A DNA stretch of 64,000 nucleotides from an uncultured Gammaproteobacteria bacterium (GTDB taxonomy: Bacteria > Patescibacteriota > Microgenomatia > CAYXHB01). The translations under genes were made by a program, and so were the position numbers. Shown piece by piece: positions 49,295-57,826 of the stretch. The notes under the pieces were generated by a model. The model did no database searches, was not told the origin of the DNA, and saw nothing but the letters and a program-made list of their open reading frames with translations. The number at the start of each line of letters is the position of its first letter. The stretch's first letter is position 1. Where the stretch lies: positions 25,655-89,654 of the forward strand of contig CAZLQM010000001.1 in NCBI GenBank assembly GCA_964561945.1, written 5' to 3'.

Positions 49295-49321
49295 CTAGCA
49301 ACAATTTAACATGAGTGCTAA
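49295..49321. promoter_or_regulatory. second, more degenerate CIRCE-like element upstream of hrcA
   Basis: CTAGCAACA-ATTTAACAT-GAGTGCTAA, 10 bp upstream of the hrcA ATG. Its spacer is nearly identical to the dnaK CIRCE spacer. Confidence 0.5.
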
Positions 49322-49348
49322 AAGGAGTCAAGTTTGTTTGAACTTAGG

Positions 49349-51127
49349 CTATTGCATCAGCTTGAGGAAGGTATCGGGCATGACTGAAACTTTGCCGAGC
49401 TGTTTCATTTTGCGTTTACCTTTTTTTTGTTTTTTGAGGAGTTTGTCTTTACGAGTTTGGTCACCTCCATATAGCTTGGCGGTGACGTCTTTGCGGAAGG
49501 GTTTGACAGTAGATCTAGCTATGACTTTGGCTCCGACAACAGCCTGAATAGCGACTTCGAATTGATGTCGGGGAATTAGCTGTGAGAGCTTATCTACAAT
49601 GGCTCGGCCCGTCGACTCGAGTCGGTCTTTGGGCACGATTTGAGAAAGGATAGAGATTTTTTCGCCTGCGAGGAGAATTTCAAGTTTGGATAAATTGGCT
49701 TCCTGCCAATCAAGTAATTCGTAATCAAGACTAGCGTAGCCAGATGAAATAGATTTGAGGCGTGAATAAAACTCACCCACCATTTCAGCCAAAGGCATAA
49801 TAAATTCTAATTGGACTTGTTTGCCAAGGCTGTGGGTTGTTGAGTGTTTGGCACGTTTGGACCTCATTAAGTCCATAATTGGGCCCATGTAGTCTAAAGG
49901 AGTGAAAATTGTGACTCTTAACATCGGTTCAAGAATCGAATCAAATTGACCCGGTTCGGGTAAATCATTAGGGCTGTAAATTATTTCTGTTTGACCTTTG
50001 GTGACAATTTTATAGGTAACGGTTGGGGTGGTAGCAATAACCGTAAGATTAAATTCACGTTCTAATCTTTCTTGGACAATCTCTGCATGGAGCAAGCCTA
50101 GAAATCCAATGCGATATCCATGACCTAGGAGAGCAGATGATTCCTCAGTGTATGTCAAGCTGGAATCACTTAGAGTGAGTCTATCCAAAGCCTGAGTCAG
50201 ATTTACGAAGTCACCTGCGTCGATGGGGTAAAGGGAAACAAAAACCATAGGCACTGGAAGTTTGTACCCTGGTAAGGGCGAGATATTTTGCTTGGCAAAT
50301 TGAGTCAGGGTCAAAGTGTCACCGATTTTGACTTGATGAGGATCCTTGAGACCGGTGATTATGTAACCAACTTCACCTGTTTGGAGAGCAGAGACGGGGA
50401 TGCTTTGTAAATTATAGATGCCAATTTCTTGAGAAAGAGTGTTTTGTTTACTGTTAAGAAGAGTCAGGCTGACGTTGTTGGGGATAACGCCATCGAAAAC
50501 CCGAACCCACGCTCTAACACCTTGGTGATGAAGATACTCTGAGTTAAAAACCAAAGCGCGAGTAATGTCTGAACTTGAAGACGGTGGTGGAACTTGTTGA
50601 ACCACGCGATGAAGAAGGTCTTGAACCCCTTGGCCAGATTTGGCGGAGATATGAGCCACATCCAAATCTGTAAGTTCTAGAACTTCGATCATTTGCATTA
50701 GAACTCCTTCAACATCAGCCCCTGGTAAATCAACCTTATTTATAACAGGGATGATTTTGAGGTTTAGACTTTTGGCTTGACGAAAATGAGCTAAGGTTTG
50801 CGCCTGAACTCCCTGAGTAGCATCAACCAAAAGAATAGCCCCTTCACAAGCAGCCAGAGCTCGATTGACTTCGTAAGAAAAATCTACATGACCAGGGGTA
50901 TCAATTAAATTGAGAGTGTAATCTTGTCCTTGATATTGATAGTGCATGGTCACGGGAGCCAATTTGATAGTAATCCCACGCTCTTTTTCGATAGGATTAG
51001 AATCTAGAGTTTGAGATTGAGCGTGTTTAACTAGTCCTGTTAGTTCTAAGAATCTATCAGCTAAGGTCGACTTACCGTGATCCACATGAGCGATAATTGC
51101 AAAGTTGCGAATGTGTGAGATTGACAT
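49349..51127 (-). CDS. lepA: elongation factor 4 (LepA)
   Basis: 'IRNFAIIAHVDHGKSTLADR' and the LepA C-terminal domain, 592 aa. Confidence 0.95.
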   Translation of the reverse strand: MSISHIRNFAIIAHVDHGKSTLADRFLELTGLVKHAQSQTLDSNPIEKERGITIKLAPVTMHYQYQGQDYTLNLIDTPGHVDFSYEVNRALAACEGAILLVDATQGVQAQTLAHFRQAKSLNLKIIPVINKVDLPGADVEGVLMQMIEVLELTDLDVAHISAKSGQGVQDLLHRVVQQVPPPSSSSDITRALVFNSEYLHHQGVRAWVRVFDGVIPNNVSLTLLNSKQNTLSQEIGIYNLQSIPVSALQTGEVGYIITGLKDPHQVKIGDTLTLTQFAKQNISPLPGYKLPVPMVFVSLYPIDAGDFVNLTQALDRLTLSDSSLTYTEESSALLGHGYRIGFLGLLHAEIVQERLEREFNLTVIATTPTVTYKIVTKGQTEIIYSPNDLPEPGQFDSILEPMLRVTIFTPLDYMGPIMDLMRSKRAKHSTTHSLGKQVQLEFIMPLAEMVGEFYSRLKSISSGYASLDYELLDWQEANLSKLEILLAGEKISILSQIVPKDRLESTGRAIVDKLSQLIPRHQFEVAIQAVVGAKVIARSTVKPFRKDVTAKLYGGDQTRKDKLLKKQKKGKRKMKQLGKVSVMPDTFLKLMQ

Positions 51128-51205
51128 AATAGTAGTTTGGGATCGCTTGGGTAGAATTAGTTAAAGGAGAATACGTGAGGCTATTCTAACATGAGATAAG
51201 GAGAA

Positions 51206-52954
51206 TTATGGGTTGTTTATCTCTGGGATTGGAGATGACATCCAAGATTGAGTTTTGTTTACTAATGTCCCAAATCCGGGGAATTTGATAAGTAATTTCC
51301 AAATAGTATGTTGAGCTTGGATATCAAGGATATGGCAGGAAATTATATAAACAACAAACCCGATTGCGGAGGTTGTAAATGTAAGAGCAACTAACGGAAT
51401 GACTCTAGTTGTATCAAAAACGAGTCTGTCGAGAAACTGGAAGGGGATCCAAAGGCTAATAATCATGATAGCTCCAGCCGAGGTTAGTTTGAGAAACTCC
51501 AAGCGAAAACGCTGTAAATTAGAGATCATTTTGTCTCTGATAAACCAAAAAATTAAACTGGTACGGACAAGGGCGGTAAAAACAACAGCATATGCTAAAG
51601 CTTGAAGAGGATTGTCAAAGTTGAACAAAGTTAAATTGAGCCACGGGGTATTAATGACATTAATAGGGTTGATGACTTGACCAAAGAATTGAAGTTGGTT
51701 GATGCTTATCCAACCAATTACAGAAAATAGTGCCAAGCTTGAGAGATGAATTACCATGGGTGTTTTGGTGTTTTTGTAGGCATAGTAACTGCGGAGTAGT
51801 AACTGACTTAAGACTAATGACGGAATTAAAATTGTGAAGATTCCCAAGGTATAGGCTGTTTCTTTGGTGGCTGCCCATGGGAATGAGGCGGTGCCAAAGG
51901 CGAGTCTGACAATAGGAATACGGAGAATCAATAGGATTGATGTTAAGGGGAGAACCAAGTAATACATCTGCATAAATGTGTCTTGGGCAATTTTCTTAAA
52001 TTGTGGAGAGTTGTTATGAGCATATTCTGACAAACTAGGGAAAGCTGCTTGACCGATAGCCAAACCCACAATTTGAACAGGCACCTGACGCAGGAGGGCT
52101 GCAAGATCAAACAGGAAAAGACTGCCTGCTGCTAATGATGAAGCAAAGTACATGGTCAAATTGCTTTCTAGTTGGACTGAGGCCTGAGTTAATAATCTGG
52201 GCCATGAAATTAAAAGTACTTCTTTGACGTCTTTGTTCCAAATTGACCAGCCAGATGTAAAACTAAATTCTGTTTGTCTTAACACTACAATTTGGACAAC
52301 AAGATGCATTAAAGCACCCAGAACTACACCGACTGCAGGGCCATAAATTCCTAGTGGTTTACTTAAAAAAACAATTCCAGAAATTATGCCAATGTTATAG
52401 GTGATTGGCGCTAATGCTGGGGCTATAAATCTTTTCATCGTTTGTAGCAAAGTTCCGATCCAGTTGGAAAAGAGAAAAATTATCTGGGCAGAAAAAATAA
52501 TTCGCATCAAATTTGCCATAGTTGTAATTTGGGAGGTGGAGAAATTGACCGTCATCAATCTGGCTAGCATTGGGGCAAAGATTATTACTAATATGGCAAA
52601 CCCTATCATGATGGTTAATAGGAACATCAGGATACTGGTGGCAACTTGCGATCCTTTGGTAGATGACTGACTGAATCTTTGAGCAAAAATGGGAATGCAT
52701 GAAGTTGCCAATATCCCCGAGACTACTGTTTGGAAGATCAAGTCGGGTAACCGAAAGGCTGCTTGGAATGCATCTAGGTCAACGGCACAACAATCGAAGA
52801 AAACCGATCCCATCAATCTCTGACGTAACAATCCTAAAATTAGCGAGGCAGAATAACTAATCATGATGACTAGTGAAGCAAGAAGAATATCGTTTTGTTT
52901 ACGAGCCAATAGATTTGAAGACAAGTTGATAAATTTGCGGGTGGTTTGAATCAT
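51206..52954 (-). CDS. murJ: lipid II flippase MurJ (MviN family) with a C-terminal extension
   Basis: 582-aa ORF with 14+ TM helices and N-terminal 'LLASLVIMISYSASLILGLLRQRLMGSVF'. Confidence 0.8.
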   Translation of the reverse strand: MIQTTRKFINLSSNLLARKQNDILLASLVIMISYSASLILGLLRQRLMGSVFFDCCAVDLDAFQAAFRLPDLIFQTVVSGILATSCIPIFAQRFSQSSTKGSQVATSILMFLLTIMIGFAILVIIFAPMLARLMTVNFSTSQITTMANLMRIIFSAQIIFLFSNWIGTLLQTMKRFIAPALAPITYNIGIISGIVFLSKPLGIYGPAVGVVLGALMHLVVQIVVLRQTEFSFTSGWSIWNKDVKEVLLISWPRLLTQASVQLESNLTMYFASSLAAGSLFLFDLAALLRQVPVQIVGLAIGQAAFPSLSEYAHNNSPQFKKIAQDTFMQMYYLVLPLTSILLILRIPIVRLAFGTASFPWAATKETAYTLGIFTILIPSLVLSQLLLRSYYAYKNTKTPMVIHLSSLALFSVIGWISINQLQFFGQVINPINVINTPWLNLTLFNFDNPLQALAYAVVFTALVRTSLIFWFIRDKMISNLQRFRLEFLKLTSAGAIMIISLWIPFQFLDRLVFDTTRVIPLVALTFTTSAIGFVVYIISCHILDIQAQHTIWKLLIKFPGFGTLVNKTQSWMSSPIPEINNP

Positions 52955-53127
52955 TTAATATTTTTTTTATTAGATAGTATTGATTAAAACATTGCCAAGT
53001 CCTTCTGCATATGGGGAATTACGAAGGTTTTATATATAAAATTTTGCACTTACGTAGAGGCAATTGGCAGAAATGGTTTTATAGATTATAATGGGCAAGA
53101 GTTATTTAGCTAATAAATTATAAAAAT

Positions 53128-53367
53128 ATGCCAGTCACCAGAACAGCCCAACGAGCTTTGCGTCGATCAAAGCGCAAGCAAGTAATAAATTTGCAAAGAA
53201 AAAATGGTTTGAGAGCAGCAATGAAAAAGTTTCGCCTAGAACCAAGTTCCGATGCGCTTCAAAATGCATCTAGTGTAATTGATAGAAACGCTAAGTGGGG
53301 ATTAATCCATGCGAACAAAGCTGCACATCTTAAGTCGCAGTTGGCTAAGAAGTTAGCAAGTAAGTAA
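53128..53367 (+). CDS. rpsT: 30S ribosomal protein S20
   Basis: 79 aa, 'RTAQRALRRSKRKQVINLQRKNGLRAAMKKF'. Confidence 0.9.
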   Translation: MPVTRTAQRALRRSKRKQVINLQRKNGLRAAMKKFRLEPSSDALQNASSVIDRNAKWGLIHANKAAHLKSQLAKKLASK

Positions 53368-53501
53368 GTTGTTTAAATTTACTAGGATTAAAAAATCTTC
53401 TTTGAAGTTTTGAGTTGGATTGGAAAAATGAAAGGATTGTTTTGGTATTTATACTTGTGATTGGGGATTGGAGTCATTTATACTGATAAGTGTTTCCTGC
53501 C

Positions 53502-54074
53502 ATGGCTAAACGCACCCCGTCGATAAATTTACTCCACCAAGTTAATGCTACAAGTTCTGTAGACAAGATATTATCGTGGGCTTTGTCAGTGGGAAGATGG
53601 ATTGTAATTTTGACTGAGTTAGTAGTTATCGGAGCATTTATTTGGAGATTCTCTCTGGATATCAAACTAACTAACCTTAATGAAGACATCGAAATGCGCA
53701 AAAACCAAGTCAAGGCATTTGCTTCGGTTGAGAAGGAGTTTCGAACTGTTCAGAAAAGCGTTAATTCCGTAGCAACTGTGGTGGGAATGCAGCCAGATAT
53801 ACAACTGATTTTCAATGAATTTAATCGAAGTTTCCCGATTTCTACAGACATTACTATTAATCAGTTAAATTGGAATAGCGATAAGTTATCGATTAAAGGA
53901 GAATCTGTTGATGAGAAAACAATTTCAATATTCGAGAATAATTTTAGGTCTTCGGCAATAATTAAAAATGTCAATTTGACCAATGTAAGTTTGAAAGTCG
54001 AAGAAAATGATGTTGCTACTAATAGTAAATATTTATACGAATTTAGTTTAACGGCAGATATAAAATTAAAGTAA
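53502..54074 (+). CDS. pilN: PilN-like type IV pilus/pseudopilus assembly protein
   Basis: 'MAKRTPSINLL', then a single TM helix and a coiled-coil periplasmic domain. Confidence 0.5.
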   Translation: MAKRTPSINLLHQVNATSSVDKILSWALSVGRWIVILTELVVIGAFIWRFSLDIKLTNLNEDIEMRKNQVKAFASVEKEFRTVQKSVNSVATVVGMQPDIQLIFNEFNRSFPISTDITINQLNWNSDKLSIKGESVDEKTISIFENNFRSSAIIKNVNLTNVSLKVEENDVATNSKYLYEFSLTADIKLK

Positions 54075-54075
54075 T

Positions 54076-54729
54076 ATGAAGTTAAATGACTCAAAAATAA
54101 ATAACAAGTTTTCTTTTAAAAGCTCTCAGAAATTGGTGGACTCAAAGAAACGACAAACTTATATGGAGCTGATTTTGACGTTTGTAACAATATTGTTTTT
54201 TGGGGTCTTTGCTCTTAAGCCCACTTTCTCGACAATTGCAACGTTGCTTGGTGATATTACAAATTTGGAAGAAGTAAATAATAAGTTAAAAGAAAAACTT
54301 GATTCTTTGGCTACAGCTCAGCAAGTACTAGATAAAAATCGTGAACAACTTTATTTCGTGCAAGAGGCTTTGCCTGACAATCCTAATTTGGCAACTTTTG
54401 TAGCTCAAGTTGATAGAGCTAATGAAAATAGTGAGTTTGTTTTGGAAACAATTATGTTTGGGGATTATGAAGTTGATCCAAGCGGTAAGACGAAAGCGGT
54501 TGATTCCAATGCTGAAAAAAAAGGGCCTATTGGCGAATGGAACAATATTAGTTTCACGATTGAGGGAACCGGGAAATATGATGCTATTCTAGATTTTGCT
54601 AAGAAAATTGCTAATTTCCGAAGAGTTGTAGTTTTGGATTCTATTTCCATAGATTATAGTGATGTCGAGAATGAAAATGATTTACCAAAGGTTACTATTA
54701 ATGGAACGATTCTATCGAAACTTAAATAA
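54076..54729 (+). CDS. pilO: PilO-like assembly protein
   Basis: Basic N-terminus, TM helix, coiled coil and a C-terminal beta domain. Starts 2 bp after the pilN-like stop. Confidence 0.45.
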   Translation: MKLNDSKINNKFSFKSSQKLVDSKKRQTYMELILTFVTILFFGVFALKPTFSTIATLLGDITNLEEVNNKLKEKLDSLATAQQVLDKNREQLYFVQEALPDNPNLATFVAQVDRANENSEFVLETIMFGDYEVDPSGKTKAVDSNAEKKGPIGEWNNISFTIEGTGKYDAILDFAKKIANFRRVVVLDSISIDYSDVENENDLPKVTINGTILSKLK

Positions 54730-54731
54730 AT

Positions 54732-54965
54732 ATGAAAAGACCAAGAGATAATACCTTTTTGATTTTATTGGGATGTTTGACTTTAATTACACTTACGATA
54801 TGGATTGGCTCGGAAGTTTATCGAGGACTGGCAAAAGACAGAATATCTGGTGAAGTAAGTGAGGAGCTGGTCGAACTTAATTCGACGTTGAATCTGTCTG
54901 TATTACAAGTATTGTCAGCGAGAACTCCATCTGATGTGATAATTCCCAACCCCAATGATAACTAA
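54732..54965 (+). CDS. small single-TM membrane protein, possibly a pilus-assembly accessory
   Basis: 77 aa with TM helix 'FLILLGCLTLITLTIWIG'. Starts 3 bp after the pilO-like stop. Confidence 0.35.
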   Translation: MKRPRDNTFLILLGCLTLITLTIWIGSEVYRGLAKDRISGEVSEELVELNSTLNLSVLQVLSARTPSDVIIPNPNDN

Positions 54966-55022
54966 AAAATCAGTTTACTTGTTGACGCAGAGGTCAGACC
55001 TTGCAAAAATGAATTAATATTT

Positions 55023-56528
55023 ATGTTCAAAAAATCAAGTAGTGCCCACGTTTCTCCAAAGATTCCCATGATCGCAGGATTGCTCTTGTTATTGGCAGGA
55101 GTTGTGGGCGGTGTTTATTTAATCCAAAATCGTCAATCTCCAACAGAAACTCAGGCAGACGTAGGAACGGCTCCAAGTTCGGTCGAGGTGTCGAATGTTA
55201 CAAGTAATTCATTTACCATAAGCTGGGTAACTCAAAATCCGACAAGTGGATTTTTGACCTATGGGACTAGTAGCGAGAAAATTAATAGTGTGGCAAGAGA
55301 TAAACGTGATTTGTTATCGAGCGATTACTTGAAGTATTCGACCCATTATGTCCAAGTTTCAGGTCTTAATCCGGCCACTGAATATTTTTTTATGGTTAAT
55401 TCTGGCAAAACGGCATATCTTACAAACGAAAGCGTTCCGTATACGGTCAAAACTGCCAGTAATTTAGCCGAAGGGTCTTTATCTGCTATTTCGGGAAAAG
55501 TACAAACAAGTGATGGGGGAGTTCTTGAGAATGCAATTGTGTTAATATCAGGTCCTAATTTAAGTACACAATCTGTTTTAACTGACGCAACAGGAGATTG
55601 GTCAATGTCGTTGGGAGGAGCGGTTGATCCGTCGCTGAGTAAAGAAGCTAGTATCAGTCAAAATGACGACGTTACAATAAGAGTGCAAAGTAATCTGGGG
55701 AACTCGACAGCATTGATTTTGGGTCAACAAATTAATGACATACCAACAATAAGTGCTGGTGAGACATTTGATTTTAGAAGTTTGGTTGCCTCATCGACAC
55801 AGAGACCATCAAGTTTTACGTTTATTGACGATCTGTCTGCCCAATCACCAACTGCCTCTCAAACAATTAATATCTTTAATCCTCAAGAAAACGAAGCGCT
55901 AAGCACAACTAAGCCTCTGTTTATGGGAACAGCCCCAGCGGGAAATGAAATTTCAATATCAGTGATCCAAAAACAAACTCAATTAACTGGCGTAGTGATG
56001 AGTGATGAGCGAGGAAATTGGCGTTGGACAAGTGAAGAAGATTTGGCTCTTGGATCTCATGTAGTCAGAGCCAGTTATACTAACGATTCAGGAATTACAT
56101 TTCAAGCTGAGAAAAGATTTAGCATACTCGGCAATGTCAGTACTAATCCGGCTATTGAATCAAGTCCTGGGGGCGAATTAGCTCAAGTTTCTCCTGGTCC
56201 AACCATAATCGCTCAAGTTAGTCTGACGCCAACTCAAGGAGTGCGAGTGTCTCCAACAGTTTCTGTATCAAAAACTCCCGCCCCAACCAGAGTTCTTTCG
56301 CCCACACCAACAGTCACAACCAAACTCACACCAACCGTGACATTGGTTCCTACTAGGATAACCACTCTCGTTCCAACCGTATCTGTGACAAGTGAAGTTA
56401 CTCTAACAGCTTCGCCAACGCCAACTATGGCAACTGAATTACCAGTGGCGGCCACTACCCTCCCCACTTATATAACTGGAATCGTAATTTCACTATTTTT
56501 GGGCGTAGCAGTTCTGTTGTTAATTTGA
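55023..56528 (+). CDS. cell-surface protein: N-terminal TM, FN3-like domain (purple-acid-phosphatase N-terminal type), beta-rich domains, Thr/Pro/Val-rich repetitive linker, C-terminal hydrophobic anchor
   Basis: 'FTISWVTQNPTSGFLTYG...HYVQVSGLNPATEYFFMV'. The linker at residues ~395-475 is made of (S/T)PT(V/L) units, followed by a C-terminal 'LPTYITGIVISLFLGVAVLLLI' helix. Confidence 0.55.
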   Translation: MFKKSSSAHVSPKIPMIAGLLLLLAGVVGGVYLIQNRQSPTETQADVGTAPSSVEVSNVTSNSFTISWVTQNPTSGFLTYGTSSEKINSVARDKRDLLSSDYLKYSTHYVQVSGLNPATEYFFMVNSGKTAYLTNESVPYTVKTASNLAEGSLSAISGKVQTSDGGVLENAIVLISGPNLSTQSVLTDATGDWSMSLGGAVDPSLSKEASISQNDDVTIRVQSNLGNSTALILGQQINDIPTISAGETFDFRSLVASSTQRPSSFTFIDDLSAQSPTASQTINIFNPQENEALSTTKPLFMGTAPAGNEISISVIQKQTQLTGVVMSDERGNWRWTSEEDLALGSHVVRASYTNDSGITFQAEKRFSILGNVSTNPAIESSPGGELAQVSPGPTIIAQVSLTPTQGVRVSPTVSVSKTPAPTRVLSPTPTVTTKLTPTVTLVPTRITTLVPTVSVTSEVTLTASPTPTMATELPVAATTLPTYITGIVISLFLGVAVLLLI

Positions 56529-56551
56529 GATAGTTTGGATAGGATAAAACA

Positions 56552-57820
56552 ATGAAATATTTGATCGTAGGGACTGGGTTTACGGGATTGGTAGCGGCTT
56601 TGGATCTGGTGGAAGCAGGCCATGAGGTAGTTATGTTGGAAAAAAATAGTTTTGTGGGGGGATTGGCTGCAGGGTTTAAAGAAACTAAGTGGGAATGGAA
56701 TCTTGAACATCATTATCATCATATTTTTCGAAATGATAAAAGCATAATAAATTTAGCAAATAGATTGAATGTGAAGGTTAAATTTTATAGAGTTAAAACT
56801 AGTTTTTGGGATGGAGAGAAGATCTTCCAGTTTGATTCGGTTAAAAGCGTATTAACTAATCAACAAATATCACTAGTTGATAGAATAAGAACACTGGGAA
56901 CTATGGGTTTTCTTAAAATGATTCCCAACTGGGAGTGGTTTGAAAGAATGACATCTGAGCAGTTGATAAAAATGACGATGGGGAGAAAGGTGTGGGATAA
57001 AATATGGGGGCCATTGTTTCTTGGGAAATTCCATCAATGGACCTCTGTTGTAAATGCAACTTGGTTTTGGGCCAGAATTCATGCCAGAAGCCAAGCGTTA
57101 GGTTACTTTGGAGGTGGTTTTAATAGTTTAGTTAAAGCATTGACTGATAAATTAATTAGTTATGGAGTTAAGATTAATTTGAATGAAAATGTTGAAAAAA
57201 TTAAAATTGTAGACGATAAAGCTTGGGTTAAAACACAGAAGGAAACATACCGCGTGGACAAAGTTTTAGTTACGGGACCAAGTAATGTGGTTAAGAAAAT
57301 TATGCCAGACGAAGAAATAACAAATAAACCGATTCAAAGTCTAGGTGCTATTACAATGATTTTGGAGACTAGAAAAAAGTTTTTGGATGATAATACATAC
57401 TGGCTGAATATCAGCGACTCTAAAGCCCCGTTCTTAGCATTTGTTGAGCATACAAATATGATAGGCAAAGAAAAATATGACAATAAAAACATCTTGTATT
57501 TAGGCAACTATCTACCTAAGGAGCATGCGTATTTTGGAAAATCAGACAAAGACTTATTAAAAATATATGCACCGTATCTAAAGAAAATTAATAGAAAATT
57601 TGATGTAGATGATACAAACAATGTTTGGGTATTTAAGACTGATTATGCTCAAAGTGTGTTTGAAATAAATCATGGCAGAGATGTACCTAAAATGGAAATT
57701 GTTAAAAACAAAATATACTGGTGCGGAATCGAGCATGTTTATCCTTGGGACCGAGGGACTAATTATGCAGTTGAGTGGGGACATAAAGTCGCAAAACTGA
57801 TGATGAACAAGGTAAGATAA
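56552..57820 (+). CDS. FAD/NAD(P)-binding flavoprotein of the amine-oxidase/UDP-galactopyranose mutase (Glf)-like fold
   Basis: Rossmann 'KYLIVGTGFTGLVAALDL...LEKNSFVGG'. 'EHHYHHIFRND' resembles the Glf 'HVYGPHIFHTDN' motif. 422 aa. Confidence 0.5.
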   Translation: MKYLIVGTGFTGLVAALDLVEAGHEVVMLEKNSFVGGLAAGFKETKWEWNLEHHYHHIFRNDKSIINLANRLNVKVKFYRVKTSFWDGEKIFQFDSVKSVLTNQQISLVDRIRTLGTMGFLKMIPNWEWFERMTSEQLIKMTMGRKVWDKIWGPLFLGKFHQWTSVVNATWFWARIHARSQALGYFGGGFNSLVKALTDKLISYGVKINLNENVEKIKIVDDKAWVKTQKETYRVDKVLVTGPSNVVKKIMPDEEITNKPIQSLGAITMILETRKKFLDDNTYWLNISDSKAPFLAFVEHTNMIGKEKYDNKNILYLGNYLPKEHAYFGKSDKDLLKIYAPYLKKINRKFDVDDTNNVWVFKTDYAQSVFEINHGRDVPKMEIVKNKIYWCGIEHVYPWDRGTNYAVEWGHKVAKLMMNKVR

Positions 57821-57826
57821 TAGAGT

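Noticed and set aside
56234-56467. Antisense 77-aa ORF (Gly/Val/Thr-rich)
   Set aside because: It is the mirror image of the Thr/Pro/Val repeat linker of the surface protein, a typical antisense artefact of a low-complexity region.
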